From NCBI GenBank assembly GCA_023379055.1, contig JAMCSX010000009.1:10625-74624 (forward strand): DNA of 64,000 bases, read 5' to 3'. The first letter of the stretch is position 1; the number at the start of each line of letters is the position of its first letter. The translations under genes were made by a program, and so were the position numbers. Positions 35,617 through 44,802 of the stretch are shown here, piece after piece. Origin of the DNA: Candidatus Marsarchaeota archaeon. Lineage in GTDB: Archaea > Micrarchaeota > Micrarchaeia > Micrarchaeales > CABMGC01. Below the pieces are notes generated by a model that was given only the letters and a program-made list of their open reading frames with translations, was not told where the DNA came from and searched no databases.

Positions 35617-37239
35617 CTACTTCACAAGTGCCTGGCTCTGCTCCCGCATGAACTGCTGCAGGTAGAATCTGCTTCCGGTGCCCTTGCCCGTAAGTCCGCT
35701 CCACTTCCAACCAACGAAAGTATGCAGCCCTACTATGGCTCCGGTAGTTGCGCTTGTCTCCCTGTTTATGTATATAACTCCTGCCTCTATCTTCTTGGCG
35801 AACTCCTTTATCTCTGAACCCTTCTTGCTGTACAAACCTGCGGTCAGTCCGTACGGTATATCGTTCGCCATTGCGAGCGCATCGTCAAACTTCTTGTATG
35901 ATGTTATTGTGAGGAATGGTACAAATAACTCCTCGTGGAAAAGCCTGCTCTCGGGCTTTACCTCCACGATTGTCGGCTCAACATACGCTCCGTTCAGCCC
36001 CACGTCGGCATCTTTCCCTCCGTATATAACTCTGCCTGTTGCAATAGCTTCGTCCACAGCCTTCCTATACCTCTCCAGTGCTGCTGAGCCGATGAGAGGA
36101 CCGACATAATTATCCTTCTTGAGAGGGTCGCCTATACTGAACGACCTTACCTTGTCAACTAGCTTGCTTATGAACTCCTCCTTGAGGGATTCGTGCACGT
36201 ATACGCGCGACGCAGCACTGCACTTCTGGCCGCAGAATCCGAATGCTGCACTTGCTATTCCTGATACTGCATCATCAAGTACGGCGTATTTCGAGACTAT
36301 AACAGGATTCTTTCCTCCCATCTCAACTACGAATGCCTTCTGCATGCCAAGCTCATGCACTTTTTTGATCATGCCCATGCCAGTGGTTCGAGAGCCAGTG
36401 AATACTATGCCAGCAACTCCGCCATTAACCACAAGCTCGTCGCCAACCTCAGACCCGGGACCTGTCACATAATTGAATGCGCCTGGCGGGACGCCTGCCT
36501 CTGCAAATATTTTATATACCTCAAGTCCCGTCAACATTGTCATGTTGTCTGTTGACGACGGCTTGAATACCACAGTATTTCCAGTTATAAGCGCGCCGCA
36601 GCTCATTCCCACAGATATGGACACTGGGAAATTGAACGGAGCAAGCACCCCAAATACCCCATAAGGCTTCATTGCTATTGTTACCTTCTCCTCCCTTCCT
36701 GGTGCGCCTTGGAATCCTGCCTTCACCTTTGCAGTGCTTGCAGACAGTTTCGACCTCTTCACGTATCCCCTATTCTTTCCAGCCAAGTCAAGTGCATAAT
36801 ACCTGAGGAAGTCTACAGCCTCATCCACCTCGCCGACAGACTCATATCTGCTCTTTCCGTTCTCTATGCTGAGTATGGCTGATATCTCGAACTTCCTCTT
36901 GGAGAATATGTCCGCAGCCTTCTCCATGACCTCTGCCCTATTCTTGTAGCTGGTCTCGCTCCACTCGGCGAATGCTTCATGCGCTGCGACTATTGCCTGC
37001 CTTGCAATCTCTCTGTCAGCCTTCTGAAACGTTCCTATTACAGACTTGTCTATCGGCGAATATTCTGTAAGCTGCTCGCTTGCAAAAACCTCCCTGCCCC
37101 CTAGGTATATGGGATGACTCTTGCCCAATGACTCCCTCCTGACTCTGTCAACAGCATCATCGAACAGCCTGTCGAACTCCGGCTCCCGTCCCTCCTCAAC
37201 GAAGCGCTTGTACGTGAACTCGTTCTCAAAATAAGTCAT
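35617..37239 (-). CDS. Aldehyde dehydrogenase family, 1-pyrroline-5-carboxylate dehydrogenase-like
   Basis: FTGSRTTG, VVEMGGKNPVIV, catalytic FGFCGQKCSAASR. The ATG at 37239 with an upstream TATA is preferred to the TTG at 37290. Confidence 0.8.
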   Translation of the reverse strand: MTYFENEFTYKRFVEEGREPEFDRLFDDAVDRVRRESLGKSHPIYLGGREVFASEQLTEYSPIDKSVIGTFQKADREIARQAIVAAHEAFAEWSETSYKNRAEVMEKAADIFSKRKFEISAILSIENGKSRYESVGEVDEAVDFLRYYALDLAGKNRGYVKRSKLSASTAKVKAGFQGAPGREEKVTIAMKPYGVFGVLAPFNFPVSISVGMSCGALITGNTVVFKPSSTDNMTMLTGLEVYKIFAEAGVPPGAFNYVTGPGSEVGDELVVNGGVAGIVFTGSRTTGMGMIKKVHELGMQKAFVVEMGGKNPVIVSKYAVLDDAVSGIASAAFGFCGQKCSAASRVYVHESLKEEFISKLVDKVRSFSIGDPLKKDNYVGPLIGSAALERYRKAVDEAIATGRVIYGGKDADVGLNGAYVEPTIVEVKPESRLFHEELFVPFLTITSYKKFDDALAMANDIPYGLTAGLYSKKGSEIKEFAKKIEAGVIYINRETSATTGAIVGLHTFVGWKWSGLTGKGTGSRFYLQQFMREQSQALVK

Positions 37240-37301
37240 ATTCGCACCCTTAGCAATTATGCTGGTTAAGCATAAAAACATTTCAGTCAATTTTTAACCC
37301 A

Positions 37302-37358
37302 GTGACATCCTCCAACGACTGAAGGCAGTTGGCTTCCGATGGTGTCTTTTTGATTGAT
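37302..37358 (+). repeat. Copy A of the conserved hairpin + GGCTTCC..TTTTTGATTG element
   Basis: gtgacatcctCCAACgactgaaggcaGTTGGcttccgatggtgtctttttgattgat. Confidence 0.85.
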
Positions 37359-37493
37359 AAAGGTCCAGCCAGACTGCCTGATGAGAATAAAGCAGCATTT
37401 GGGCGACCACTATTGAAGGGCTATATCCTGCTTACGCGGCCTTTTCTCTTCGCTGTACATAACGTATTTATTCGTTGACCTTGATAAATACTC

Positions 37494-38201
37494 ATGGCGA
37501 CAGTGCGTGGTGAGGAGCTCCAGACAGAAATACACGGCGGAGAAGACGTAATAGACCTAGTTTCGAACGAATCAACCTGGAGGGATCTGCTCATTGGCCT
37601 TGTTGACAAAAACAAGCTTGATCCGTGGAACATAGATATCGTAGAGATAGTAGACAGGTATATAAGCACAGTAAAGGCGCTCAAGGTCATGGATCTGAGG
37701 GTTCCTGCAAACATAATACTTGCAGCAGCAATACTCCTCAGGCTAAAGAGCAACTACATAAGCCTGCAGGACTACGACGAAATTGGCGAGATGGGCATCG
37801 CCGAAGATGTCAAGAAGCCGGACATAATAGTCGACCCACTTAACCTCAGACTCAGGCTGCCACCGAAGAGGAAGATATCGCTCACTGAGCTGATAGCCGC
37901 CCTGGACGAAGCCATGGAGATAAAGTTACTGAAGGAGTCGCCGCAGCAGAGGCCGAGCATATTCGTGCCCATAAAGCTTGAGAACTTCGACATAGAGGCT
38001 GAGACCGAAAGGCTCTATGGCATAATAAAGGAGAATGTGGATAAGAGCAACATGGTCACATTTTCATACATATCAAGACTTTCATCAATAAATGACATAC
38101 TGCTGGAGCTCTTCATACCTCTACTTTTCCTTGCACACAGGGGCAAGGTCGGTCTTATACAAGAACAGTTCTTTTCCGAGATAATAATAGCGCCGAGGTA
38201 G
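37494..38201 (+). CDS. scpA: Segregation and condensation protein A (kleisin)
   Basis: LIGLVDKNKLDPWNIDIVEIVDRYI and C-terminal winged-helix LLFLAHRGKVGLIQEQ. Confidence 0.8.
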   Translation: MATVRGEELQTEIHGGEDVIDLVSNESTWRDLLIGLVDKNKLDPWNIDIVEIVDRYISTVKALKVMDLRVPANIILAAAILLRLKSNYISLQDYDEIGEMGIAEDVKKPDIIVDPLNLRLRLPPKRKISLTELIAALDEAMEIKLLKESPQQRPSIFVPIKLENFDIEAETERLYGIIKENVDKSNMVTFSYISRLSSINDILLELFIPLLFLAHRGKVGLIQEQFFSEIIIAPR

Positions 38202-38206
38202 GTTAA

Positions 38207-38668
38207 ATGGATGCAGATTCCGACACAAAAAAGATCGTAGAGGCCGCACTGTTCATGTCGCCAACCGCAATGAGCGTGAACGAGATTGCGCAGGCAACTG
38301 GCATTGCAGCTCCAGGCGCAATAGAACGACTGGTCAACGAGCTGATAAAGGAGTATGAGGCAAGAGATACGTCGCTCAAGATAATGGCAATAAGCGGCAA
38401 ATACATGTTCAGCCTTAAGGATGCATACATATCAAAAGTTAGCTCGCTTGCCCAAGGCCCTGATATAAGCAGGGGTGCGCTCAGGATACTCGCATACATA
38501 AGTAAGAACGAGGACATACTCCAGAGCGATCTTGTAAAGTACTTCGGGAGCACAACGTACGACTACATAAAGGAGCTCACGGAGAAGGAGTTCGTAGAGT
38601 CGAAGCACTTCAAGAGAAGCAAGAAGATACGCACGACTCCAAAGTTTAATGAATACTTCAGCGTATAG
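38207..38668 (+). CDS. scpB: Segregation and condensation protein B
   Basis: IVEAALFMSPTAMSVNEIAQATG. Starts 5 nt after scpA. Confidence 0.8.
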   Translation: MDADSDTKKIVEAALFMSPTAMSVNEIAQATGIAAPGAIERLVNELIKEYEARDTSLKIMAISGKYMFSLKDAYISKVSSLAQGPDISRGALRILAYISKNEDILQSDLVKYFGSTTYDYIKELTEKEFVESKHFKRSKKIRTTPKFNEYFSV

Positions 38669-38674
38669 GACATC

Positions 38675-39021
38675 ATGAATCTGGTGTTCATCTACGGGCC
38701 TCCTTGGCGTAGGCAAGCTGACCGTTGCTAACGAACTCTCGAAGCTGACAGGATATCCCAGTATTCCATAATCACATAGCTATAGACAGGGTAAGGAAAA
38801 TATATGGCTGTGACTTCCCCCATCCGTAAACGGCGTGGGCTTCCAATGGTGTCTTTTTGATTGGTCATCGTGAAACGCCAAGTGTAGTTCCTGATTCAAC
38901 GATCCTGCTTGCAGCCTCCTTTTCAACATCAGTAAGCCCCAAGCATGCAGCTATAGAGGTAGTGGAGTCGCTGAAGCTCAATAAGTGGGATGGGACTCCT
39001 TCGCGCCTGCAGAGAGGTTAA
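38675..39021 (+). pseudogene. Decayed P-loop kinase gene, frameshifted and interrupted by repeat copy B
   Basis: MNLVFIYGPP then +1 slip: without one T (38704/5) it reads GPPGVGKLTVANELSKLTGYP. A second shift gives VFHNHIAIDRVRKIYG. After the repeat a frame reads ..ILLAASFSTSVSPKHAAIEVVESLKL..*. Confidence 0.45.
38810..38868 (+). repeat. Copy B of the conserved hairpin + GGCTTCC..TTTTTGATTG element
   Basis: gtgacttcccccatccgtaaacggcgtgggcttccaatggtgtctttttgattggtcat. Shares a 40-nt identical core with copy C. Confidence 0.9.
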
Positions 39022-39526
39022 GGTACAGCGCTGCAACGAACAGGTATGACGAAAGCCTGTTTAGGTAAGCCAAGATATTACCGTCAATCTTGTATGCCTT
39101 GGCTGCGCCATCAACACTCCTTTCAGCCCTACGCGCAACTGCCCTTGCCAGATGAAGCGCTGCAGCAGCCTTGCAACCTCCAGGAAGTACGAACTGCTTA
39201 AGATCCGGCATCATTCCGCCAAGCTCCTTTATGCCTGCCTCCAGCCTTGCAACATCCTCGCCATTCATCTGCGCCTTCGCGATCTTCCGGCCATCAGCAG
39301 AAGACAGGTTCACGCCAAGCACAAAAAGGTCGTTCTGTATGGATACCAATTGGGCCCGTACTTTTGCATCCTCCACCTGCGCCAGCGCAACGCCTATGGT
39401 GCTGTTAAGCTCGTCAAGGTTCCCTATTGCCTCCAGCAGCACATCGGACTTGCTGATCCTTGCACCTGACAGTATGCCAGTAGTCCCGTCATCGCCCCTC
39501 CCAGTATAATAAACAGTCAAGCGCAC
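38978..39526 (-). CDS. ATP:cob(I)alamin adenosyltransferase, PduO type
   Basis: YTGRGDDGTTG N-terminal motif; 182 aa. Confidence 0.8.
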   Translation of the reverse strand: MRLTVYYTGRGDDGTTGILSGARISKSDVLLEAIGNLDELNSTIGVALAQVEDAKVRAQLVSIQNDLFVLGVNLSSADGRKIAKAQMNGEDVARLEAGIKELGGMMPDLKQFVLPGGCKAAAALHLARAVARRAERSVDGAAKAYKIDGNILAYLNRLSSYLFVAALYLNLSAGAKESHPTY

Positions 39527-39570
39527 ACCAATACTTTATTCTATCTATCGCAATAATTTTTAATCTATCA

Positions 39571-39641
39571 GGGCTCGTAGTCCAATGGTAAGACGTCGCC
39601 TTCACACGGCGGAGACCGGAGTTCGATTCTCCGCGGGCCCA
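39571..39641 (+). tRNA. tRNA-Val (anticodon CAC)
   Basis: GGGCTCG/CGGGCCC acceptor, anticodon arm TCGCC-TTCACAC-GGCGG, T arm CGGAG-TTCGATT-CTCCG, discriminator A. Confidence 0.85.
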
Positions 39642-39743
39642 TACCTTCAATAAATAGACGGCAAAATGCACTTTTCTAGCTTTATATAGTTACAAAACTG
39701 ACACCAAATGTGTCGATTTTGGAACAAATAGCAAGCTACATAT

Positions 39744-40229
39744 ATGAAAAAATCCATTACATATGTAGTGAGTATTATGGCAACTAAAACAATAATAGCA
39801 GATGGAAAAAATAGAACCATGGTGGGGTTAGAGAGTTTAACAATTCGCCCTCCTACGAGTGGTAGCTATAAGGGACATTTGGGTTCAGGTCAGGCGAAAT
39901 GGGAAGTGGAAGCAGATGGTGCACTTGTTAAGGCGCACAGAAGTGGTGCCGGCAGAGGCAGATCACTGGATACAACTTGGAGGGCGCACGAGATGACTGA
40001 AGACTTCGTTGTAGTAGATACAAAAGGAAAAGAGATTGTTTCAGGAAAAGCAGGCGATTATCTCGTAATTTCGGAGACGGGAAAGTATAACTACGGCATG
40101 AACGGAGGCACACCGAGACCTGGGTGGTATAACTCTGGGCTGAAGTTTGAGGTAGTTAAAAAGGGAGATGAAGAGTTCACTAAGTTCGTTGCTTTAAAAG
40201 CCGTAGCTAGGGAGACTCTAAGATCCTAG
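39744..40229 (+). CDS. Hypothetical protein
   Basis: 161-aa ORF with TATA CTTTATATAG about 45 nt upstream. No motif recognised. Confidence 0.45.
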   Translation: MKKSITYVVSIMATKTIIADGKNRTMVGLESLTIRPPTSGSYKGHLGSGQAKWEVEADGALVKAHRSGAGRGRSLDTTWRAHEMTEDFVVVDTKGKEIVSGKAGDYLVISETGKYNYGMNGGTPRPGWYNSGLKFEVVKKGDEEFTKFVALKAVARETLRS

Positions 40230-40530
40230 AATATAGTATTCGAACCGCTCTAAAGTCTGGAAGAGGATATTGGCCTTGGTTCAGACCTTGTTCGGCAGAC
40301 GGTTATCTTGTGGTAAATTATACTACAAATTCTAATAGTGGGATTATTTTGTCAAATAGTGATTGCTTAGTTAAATAAGAACTAGCTTTGACTTAGTATT
40401 GAATTTATAAGCACAATGAGTACAGGTAATCCCTGGCATAACTGCTACCATTAAAGGCGTTTTTGTATAAATAGCTAGATCGTGTCTATACACTTATAGA
40501 CAAATTACTGCCCATGTCAGATAGGTTGAA

Positions 40531-40542
40531 CCGCGGGCCCAT
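40531..40542 (+). repeat. 12-nt direct repeat CCGCGGGCCCAT of the tRNA-Val 3' end (att-like remnant)
   Basis: Identical to 39631-39642. Preceded by the T-loop-like GGTTGAA. Confidence 0.5.
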
Positions 40543-40585
40543 TTCTCTGGAAAACATTTAATAGCCTAATCGGCAAATACATATT

Positions 40586-41011
40586 ATGCTCCAGCCTACA
40601 AATTCAGAGCTGATAAAGAGGGCCAAAGGGGTTACAAGGCGCCGCAAGGCGCCAAGCTACCTGCGCGTAGGCAGCGTAGGCTGCGCCCTAGTTACAGACA
40701 AGGGAAACGTATATACCGGAGTAAACATAGTCGCAGACTGCGCAATAGGCCTATGCGCAGAGAACAGCACAATAATAAGCATGATAACCAATGGCGAGTA
40801 CAAGATTGACAGGATAGTGGCTGTGCACAGGGACGGTGCCATACTGCCGCCATGCGGCAGATGCCGTGAAGTAATGTACCAGACGAACAAACAGAATCAC
40901 AATACGCTGATAGTGCTGGACAAGAACAAGACAGTAAGGCTGAAAGACCTGCTTCCAAATCCATGGCAGGAAAAGAGGCCAAAATCAATGCGCACCTGGT
41001 GGTCGAAATAA
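40586..41011 (+). CDS. cdd: Cytidine/deoxycytidylate deaminase family (cytidine deaminase-like)
   Basis: Zinc ligand motifs CAE (GLCAENS) and PCGRCRE. Confidence 0.8.
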   Translation: MLQPTNSELIKRAKGVTRRRKAPSYLRVGSVGCALVTDKGNVYTGVNIVADCAIGLCAENSTIISMITNGEYKIDRIVAVHRDGAILPPCGRCREVMYQTNKQNHNTLIVLDKNKTVRLKDLLPNPWQEKRPKSMRTWWSK

Positions 41012-42294
41012 TACTGAACAAACTGGCACCGAAGCCCAATCCAGAAGATGGCAACCGGGTATATCCTGAATACGGCGGCCAGTCCCTGGTAAACATCCCG
41101 CACATGGTAATGAATATACTCGGTGTCAGGACTAGCGGCATTCCGATAAACAAAGAGCTATACGACAACAAGATAAGCCTTAAGGGCATAAAGAAGGTGG
41201 TTGTAATACTGCTCGACGGCTTTGGGTACAGGATGTGGCTTGACTCGAATTCCGAGCCAGGTTTCTTCAATAAGTTATCCTCAAAGGGACTTCTGATTCC
41301 CATAACTACCACATTCCCATCAACTACTGCAGTTGGCATAACAACGATAAGCACCGGGCTCGAGCCTGCACGCCACGGACTTCCGGAATGGGTTGTGTAC
41401 ATGAAGGAGATAAGGCTTATAATAAACACGCTGCCATTTACAATGTTTATTGCAGAAAAAACGGTAGACCTTGGCGAACTGAAGTACAACTCAAAGATAC
41501 TATACAATGGCAATACTGTATACATGCAAATGAGGCAGGCGCACGTAAATTCGTTTGCAATTATAGAGAAAGGCCTTATTGGTTCAGCGTACACTAACCT
41601 CACAAGAAAGGGAAGCACCGCCGTACCATTCATAAAGCCTGGTGACGGAATAATAAAGCTAAGGGAGCTGATAGACTCTAAAAGCGGTCCGACGTATCTG
41701 CATTTCTACTCAGACAACATAGACAAGGTCACTCACGAATACGGGCCGTTCAGCATTCAGTCAAGAGCCGAGATAGCTGCTATGTCGCATGCATTTGATC
41801 GCAATCTGCTCGGGGAGGTAAGCAGAGCTGCAGCAAAAGAGACACTTATTATAGTCACTGCCGATCACGGTCATATAAAAGTAGATCCAGACAAGACAGT
41901 ATACCTGAATGACGATAGAAAACTGATGAAATACCTTGCAACAGACCATGGCAAAAAGATACTTCCCACAGGGAGCCCAAGAAATGTGTTTCTCCACATA
42001 TCGCCACGTTATCTTACTGAGGCATTCGAGTACCTCACTAGCAGATTCAAGGGCATGGCTAAGGTAATGTACTCGAGAGATGCGATAAGGCTCGGACTCT
42101 TTGGAAATTCAGATCCAGTAAGGAGGCTTAGGGATCGCATCGGCGACATAATCATATTACCTGACTCTGACAGGCTCATATGGTATGAACATATGAAAGG
42201 AAAGAAGCCTACGTTTAGGGGAGTGCATGGGGGACTCAGCGCAGACGAAATGCTTATTCCGTTGGGAATGGCCAGGCTCTCCGATCTTATCTAA
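40963..42294 (+). CDS. Alkaline-phosphatase-superfamily phosphodiesterase/nucleotide pyrophosphatase-like protein
   Basis: VVILLDGFGY, TTFPSTTAVGITTISTG..PARHG, IIVTADHGH, GVHGGLSADEM. The start is uncertain (49-nt overlap with cdd). Confidence 0.7.
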   Translation: MAGKEAKINAHLVVEIILNKLAPKPNPEDGNRVYPEYGGQSLVNIPHMVMNILGVRTSGIPINKELYDNKISLKGIKKVVVILLDGFGYRMWLDSNSEPGFFNKLSSKGLLIPITTTFPSTTAVGITTISTGLEPARHGLPEWVVYMKEIRLIINTLPFTMFIAEKTVDLGELKYNSKILYNGNTVYMQMRQAHVNSFAIIEKGLIGSAYTNLTRKGSTAVPFIKPGDGIIKLRELIDSKSGPTYLHFYSDNIDKVTHEYGPFSIQSRAEIAAMSHAFDRNLLGEVSRAAAKETLIIVTADHGHIKVDPDKTVYLNDDRKLMKYLATDHGKKILPTGSPRNVFLHISPRYLTEAFEYLTSRFKGMAKVMYSRDAIRLGLFGNSDPVRRLRDRIGDIIILPDSDRLIWYEHMKGKKPTFRGVHGGLSADEMLIPLGMARLSDLI

Positions 42295-42330
42295 TTCCTC
42301 TGCGGACATTCTTGCAGTCTCTTTTAGGTT

Positions 42331-43299
42331 TTAACATTTTCTCCTTATCTCTTTGGCGCTCTTTCTTAAATCTTCAATATCACAGGACATATGTGCACTA
42401 TCAATTACCCTATCTGCCTCCCTACTTTCGTATATGTCATAATACATCTTGTCATGCGTATCGCCCTTACTGTACCTGTCTGACTGCGACCTTGGTATTA
42501 AGTGAATATGCAATCTGTCCGTCGGCGAGTTTTCGTATCCGCCAGTTTGCAGTGAGGTAATATAGGATCTGCTTCCATGCCCATATTTTTTTAGTAACAT
42601 CCTCATTACAATACTATAAGTATTAATCATGTCAGCAATCTCCTCTTCACTTAACACTAGCAAGTCGGTTACATTCCGTCTCGGTACCAGCAGCGTATGC
42701 CCGTCTATAACCGGATCAGGATGATATAATGCTAGGAAATGTTCAGAGCTATAAAAAACGTTATTAAGAAGCCGTTGTTCTAATTCTGCGGCGTCTGGTA
42801 CATTACAATTGCCAGCATTTTTTGAATCCGCTGGATATCCGTCGCCAAACTTTCTCCTCAACTTTTCTACATCTTCGCTTATATCATCTAAAAACGGCCT
42901 ATCTGGATGCTCCAGATTCTCCTTGTATATGCGTTCATATTCTCCATCTATCTTCTTTCTTGGTATTAAGTGTACGTGAAAGTGTCCCACAGTCCTTCCT
43001 GAAGATATGCCACTGCGTATCTTTAGGTCATAGGCATTTTCACCTCCGCCGTACACATTCAGCAAAATAGGAAGCGCCCTTTTTATTAATGCGAACAATT
43101 CTTGTGCCTCATCCTGTGTGAGATCTAGCAAACCGTCTTTATGATCTTTGGTAATTATTAGGGAATGGCCACTTGTTAGGGCTTTTGCATTGTAAAGAAT
43201 CAAAAAGCTATTAGTCTCGGCACATGACTGCACATGGCGTATTCCTTCATTACAAAATGGGTCTTCTTTTTTATTGTGTTTTTTTGCAGACGCTAACAT
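42331..43299 (-). CDS. Tandem HIT (histidine triad) domain protein
   Basis: Two complete HIT modules in one chain: ..GHSLIITKDH..GHFHVHLIPRK and ..GHTLLVPRRN..RLHIHLIPRS. Confidence 0.75.
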   Translation of the reverse strand: MLASAKKHNKKEDPFCNEGIRHVQSCAETNSFLILYNAKALTSGHSLIITKDHKDGLLDLTQDEAQELFALIKRALPILLNVYGGGENAYDLKIRSGISSGRTVGHFHVHLIPRKKIDGEYERIYKENLEHPDRPFLDDISEDVEKLRRKFGDGYPADSKNAGNCNVPDAAELEQRLLNNVFYSSEHFLALYHPDPVIDGHTLLVPRRNVTDLLVLSEEEIADMINTYSIVMRMLLKKYGHGSRSYITSLQTGGYENSPTDRLHIHLIPRSQSDRYSKGDTHDKMYYDIYESREADRVIDSAHMSCDIEDLRKSAKEIRRKC

Positions 43300-43445
43300 A
43301 TTGTATTCACCTAGTATAGACTAGCGTTATTTTTATCTAAAGTAGCAACTGAAGATGCAAGAAAGTACATAGAATATAGTCTAGCCTCTCCTTTATATAC
43401 CTTTCTGAGATACGAATTTGTGCAAGGCCACGAACACATACTATG

Positions 43446-44147
43446 TTATGCAATATCCCTAAATATCCTGTGTTTTTCAAGGTCTGCGCTTGCCTCTTCC
43501 ATGTCCTTTATCGAGTCTACGCCCTTGAAATAGGCATTGCCGAATTTAATCCCTTTAAGTGACCGGTTCTTCGAAAGCTCAACGAATGTTGTATTCTCCA
43601 TGTTCCCTGACTCCGGAAGATGACTGAATATGTCCTTGGACATCGTATACACCCCGGAGTTCATCCAGTAGTCTGGTATTATAGGCTTTTCATCAAACTC
43701 CGTGATCTTCCCGCCGTCAAGCCTTGCTATGCCATATGTGCTTCTCAGAGGCACAAGCGCTATCGAAGCCACGCTGTTATCCATATCCATATTAGTGACA
43801 TCTATGTTGGTAATGTTGTCTCCATTGAACATGACAAAACTGTCCTCTCCGTCCAGCAGCCCCTTAGCATTTCTGAGTGCACCGCCAGTCCCTAATTGCG
43901 TTTTTTCTGTTGAATACTCCACATCTATGCCCAGATCTGCCTTTCTCGAGTCTACGTAGCTCATTACTTTATCCTTAAGATAACCCACAAGGAGGACAAA
44001 CGACTGTATCCCACACTTTCTGCTCAGCCAGAGCATCTGCCACTCGAGTATGGGCTTCCCGCCGACCCGTACAAGCGGCTTTGGTATGGTATCGGTGAGA
44101 GGCCTGAGCCTCTTCCCGTATCCGCCTGCAAGTATAACCGCCTTCAT
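43446..44147 (-). CDS. Sugar-1-phosphate nucleotidyltransferase
   Basis: MKAVILAGGYGKRLRPLTDTIPKPLV signature. Confidence 0.8.
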   Translation of the reverse strand: MKAVILAGGYGKRLRPLTDTIPKPLVRVGGKPILEWQMLWLSRKCGIQSFVLLVGYLKDKVMSYVDSRKADLGIDVEYSTEKTQLGTGGALRNAKGLLDGEDSFVMFNGDNITNIDVTNMDMDNSVASIALVPLRSTYGIARLDGGKITEFDEKPIIPDYWMNSGVYTMSKDIFSHLPESGNMENTTFVELSKNRSLKGIKFGNAYFKGVDSIKDMEEASADLEKHRIFRDIA

Positions 44148-44740
44148 AATCCCACAAGTTTATTCTTGATGAAATTTGAAATGATATCTATAAAATCCTG
44201 TGGCTTGTCAAGATAACATGCATGTGCCGCACCCTCCAGAACCCGTATCTTCGAATTCTTTATAGACTGCAGCATCCTGCCATTCCTCCCTACCGGGGAT
44301 ACCGTGTCTTTGCTGCCCCATATTCCAAGTACATGTGTCGTAATGCTGTCAAGCATGACCCTTTCCAGATTGACCGGAGCAACAACAATCAGGCCTGCAA
44401 GCATCCTGCTGTGCTTCTCCGCAAATTTGAGGGCAAGGTAACCGCTTGCACTTGAGCCCAGCATCACTACATTCCCGTGCAGCGTTCTTATGAATGCCTC
44501 AAGAAATCCAGTCATTTCAACATCTGTAAGTCCTTCGCTGTTAGCGCTCTTCGGGAATCCTGGAACATCTATGCAGAAGATGCAGTATCCCTGGCCATTC
44601 AGCCGCTCCACAAGCCCTATCTCTTCCCATACTCTGGAATTGAAGCTGTATCCGTGCATGAGGATAACGTTTCCTTTGTCCCCCTTGGCGTAGAAATAAG
44701 CCATTCTATGCTCCAGGTAATCAAACGATGACATCTTCAT
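44144..44740 (-). CDS. Alpha/beta hydrolase
   Basis: GSSASG nucleophile elbow, HGYSFNS oxyanion region. 4-nt overlap with the downstream gene. Confidence 0.6.
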   Translation of the reverse strand: MKMSSFDYLEHRMAYFYAKGDKGNVILMHGYSFNSRVWEEIGLVERLNGQGYCIFCIDVPGFPKSANSEGLTDVEMTGFLEAFIRTLHGNVVMLGSSASGYLALKFAEKHSRMLAGLIVVAPVNLERVMLDSITTHVLGIWGSKDTVSPVGRNGRMLQSIKNSKIRVLEGAAHACYLDKPQDFIDIISNFIKNKLVGL

Positions 44741-44802
44741 GCAGATTCTATCTTGATGTTAATATTAAAAAATGCGACCCTCCATAATAAGACAGTGTTA
44801 GG

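Noticed and set aside
43300-43445. Near-repeats TATAGACTAG / TATAGTCTAG in the spacer upstream of the tandem-HIT gene.
   Set aside because: They are short (10 nt, 9/10 identical), AT-rich, and sit in a promoter-like region. This is compatible with chance or ordinary operator sequence.
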